A stretch of DNA of 64,000 bases from Eledone cirrhosa (lineage: Eukaryota): NCBI GenBank assembly GCA_964016885.1, contig OZ024740.1, positions 436,356,001 to 436,420,000 on the forward strand. The letters run 5' to 3'. Shown here in pieces: positions 63,601 through 64,000 of the stretch. Both the position numbers and the translations under genes were made by a program. A model generated the notes under the pieces. That model was not told the DNA's origin. It saw only the letters and a program-made list of their open reading frames with translations, and did not search any database. Each line of letters starts with the position of its first letter. Within the stretch, counting starts at the first letter, position 1.

Positions 63601-64000
63601 ATTGTCTCAGATGTGAGAGCAGTGTCATTGTCTCAGATATGGGAGCAGTGTCATTGTCTCAGATGTGAGAGCAGTGTCATTGTCTCAAATGTGAGAACAG
63701 TGTCATTGTCTCAGATGTGGGAGCAGTGTCATTGTCTCAGATGTGAGAGCAGTGACATTGTCTCAGATGTGAGAGCAGTGACATTGTCTCAGATGTGGGA
63801 GCAGTGTCATTGTCTCAGATGTGGGAGCAGTGTCATCGTCTCAGATGTGAGAACAGTGTCATTGTCTCAGATGTAGGAGCGGTGTCATTGACTCAGATGT
63901 GGGTGCAGTGTCATTGTCTCAGATGTGAGAGCAGTGTCATTGTCTCAGATGTGGGAGCAGTGTCATAGTCTCAGATGTGGTAGCAGTGTCATTGTCTCAG

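Larger units (their letters stand above)
1..64000. repeat. Tandem satellite array, 26-bp monomer CAGTGTCATTGTCTCAGATGTG[A/G]GAG, head-to-tail, single orientation, extends beyond both window ends
   Basis: The monomer is readable continuously from base 1 to 64000 with only point variants, 1-bp indels and a recurrent 4-bp duplication. All ORF translations are permutations of the same 26-aa (3-monomer) period. Confidence 0.99.
50450..64000. repeat. Satellite subfamily domain C
   Basis: Diagnostic variants: GAGACCAG, GAGAGGAGTG, GTCTTCGATGTGG, GCATTCAGT and GCAGTCACT (derived 30-mers), GTGAAAGC, CATAATCTC, CTCGGATATAGAG. 30-bp monomers are dense here. Boundary approximate. Confidence 0.75.

Noticed and set aside
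17-63876. All listed ORFs as protein-coding genes (Cys-rich CHCLRC motif resembling a zinc-binding or keratin-associated repeat)
   Set aside because: The 26-bp period is not a multiple of 3, the same peptide appears in all three frames, ORFs overlap, and they are interrupted whenever an A-type monomer falls in frame. There is no unique N- or C-terminal sequence.
1-64000. CRISPR array (repeat length 26 bp with a small hairpin)
   Set aside because: Repeats abut directly with no unique spacers; there is no leader and no cas gene in the window.
1-64000. Telomerase-synthesised long telomeric repeat (some budding yeasts have 23-26-bp units; + strand is G/T-rich)
   Set aside because: Does not match telomere units I know, the length is far greater than yeast telomeres, and kb-scale inherited variant blocks indicate recombinational amplification rather than templated synthesis. 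A subtelomeric location is not excluded.
1-64000. V(D)J recombination signal heptamer-like CAGTG
   Set aside because: The sequence is AGCAGTG, lacking the essential CAC of CACAGTG, and there is no ACAAAAACC nonamer.
1-64000. Sequencing artefact (rolling-circle or adapter concatemer)
   Set aside because: Variants are shared in ordered, hierarchical blocks with domain-specific lineages, which random sequencing error would not create. I do not recognise the unit as an adapter.
1-64000. G-quadruplex-forming array from GGG tracts
   Set aside because: At most one GGG per 26 bp with ~23-nt loops, and absent in A-type monomers; not a canonical G4 pattern.
1-64000. piRNA/small-RNA precursor because the monomer length matches small-RNA size
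   Set aside because: Only a length coincidence; nothing in the sequence supports transcription or phased processing.

Overview
The whole 64 kb window is one uninterrupted, single-orientation tandem array (satellite/very long minisatellite) of a 26-bp monomer, consensus CAGTGTCATTGTCTCAGATGTG[A/G]GAG (about 2,450 copies by length; 46-50% GC; no CpG in the consensus). It runs off both ends. I see no genuine genes, RNA genes, transposons, inversions, unique spacers or CRISPR array. Every listed ORF is the repeat read through (3 monomers = 78 bp = 26 aa) wherever a G-variant monomer removes the only consensus + strand stop (TGA). The real structure is in the variant pattern. There are three subfamily domains (about 1-18.7, 19.5-50.4 and 50.4-64 kb) with private diagnostic variants, and nested recent block duplications whose offsets are multiples of 26 plus countable indels (156, 260, 390, 702, 1663, 1918, 2098, 3276/4190, 3433, 6306 bp, about 10.5 kb and 13-14 kb). 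There is also a 30-bp monomer lineage (CAGT duplication) shared by all domains, a small hairpin in each monomer, and an internal CA(G/T)TGT sub-repeat. I cannot identify the organism or name the satellite family. I do not find support for a new gene-encoded system; all functional ideas below are inference. Block boundaries are approximate (read by eye).
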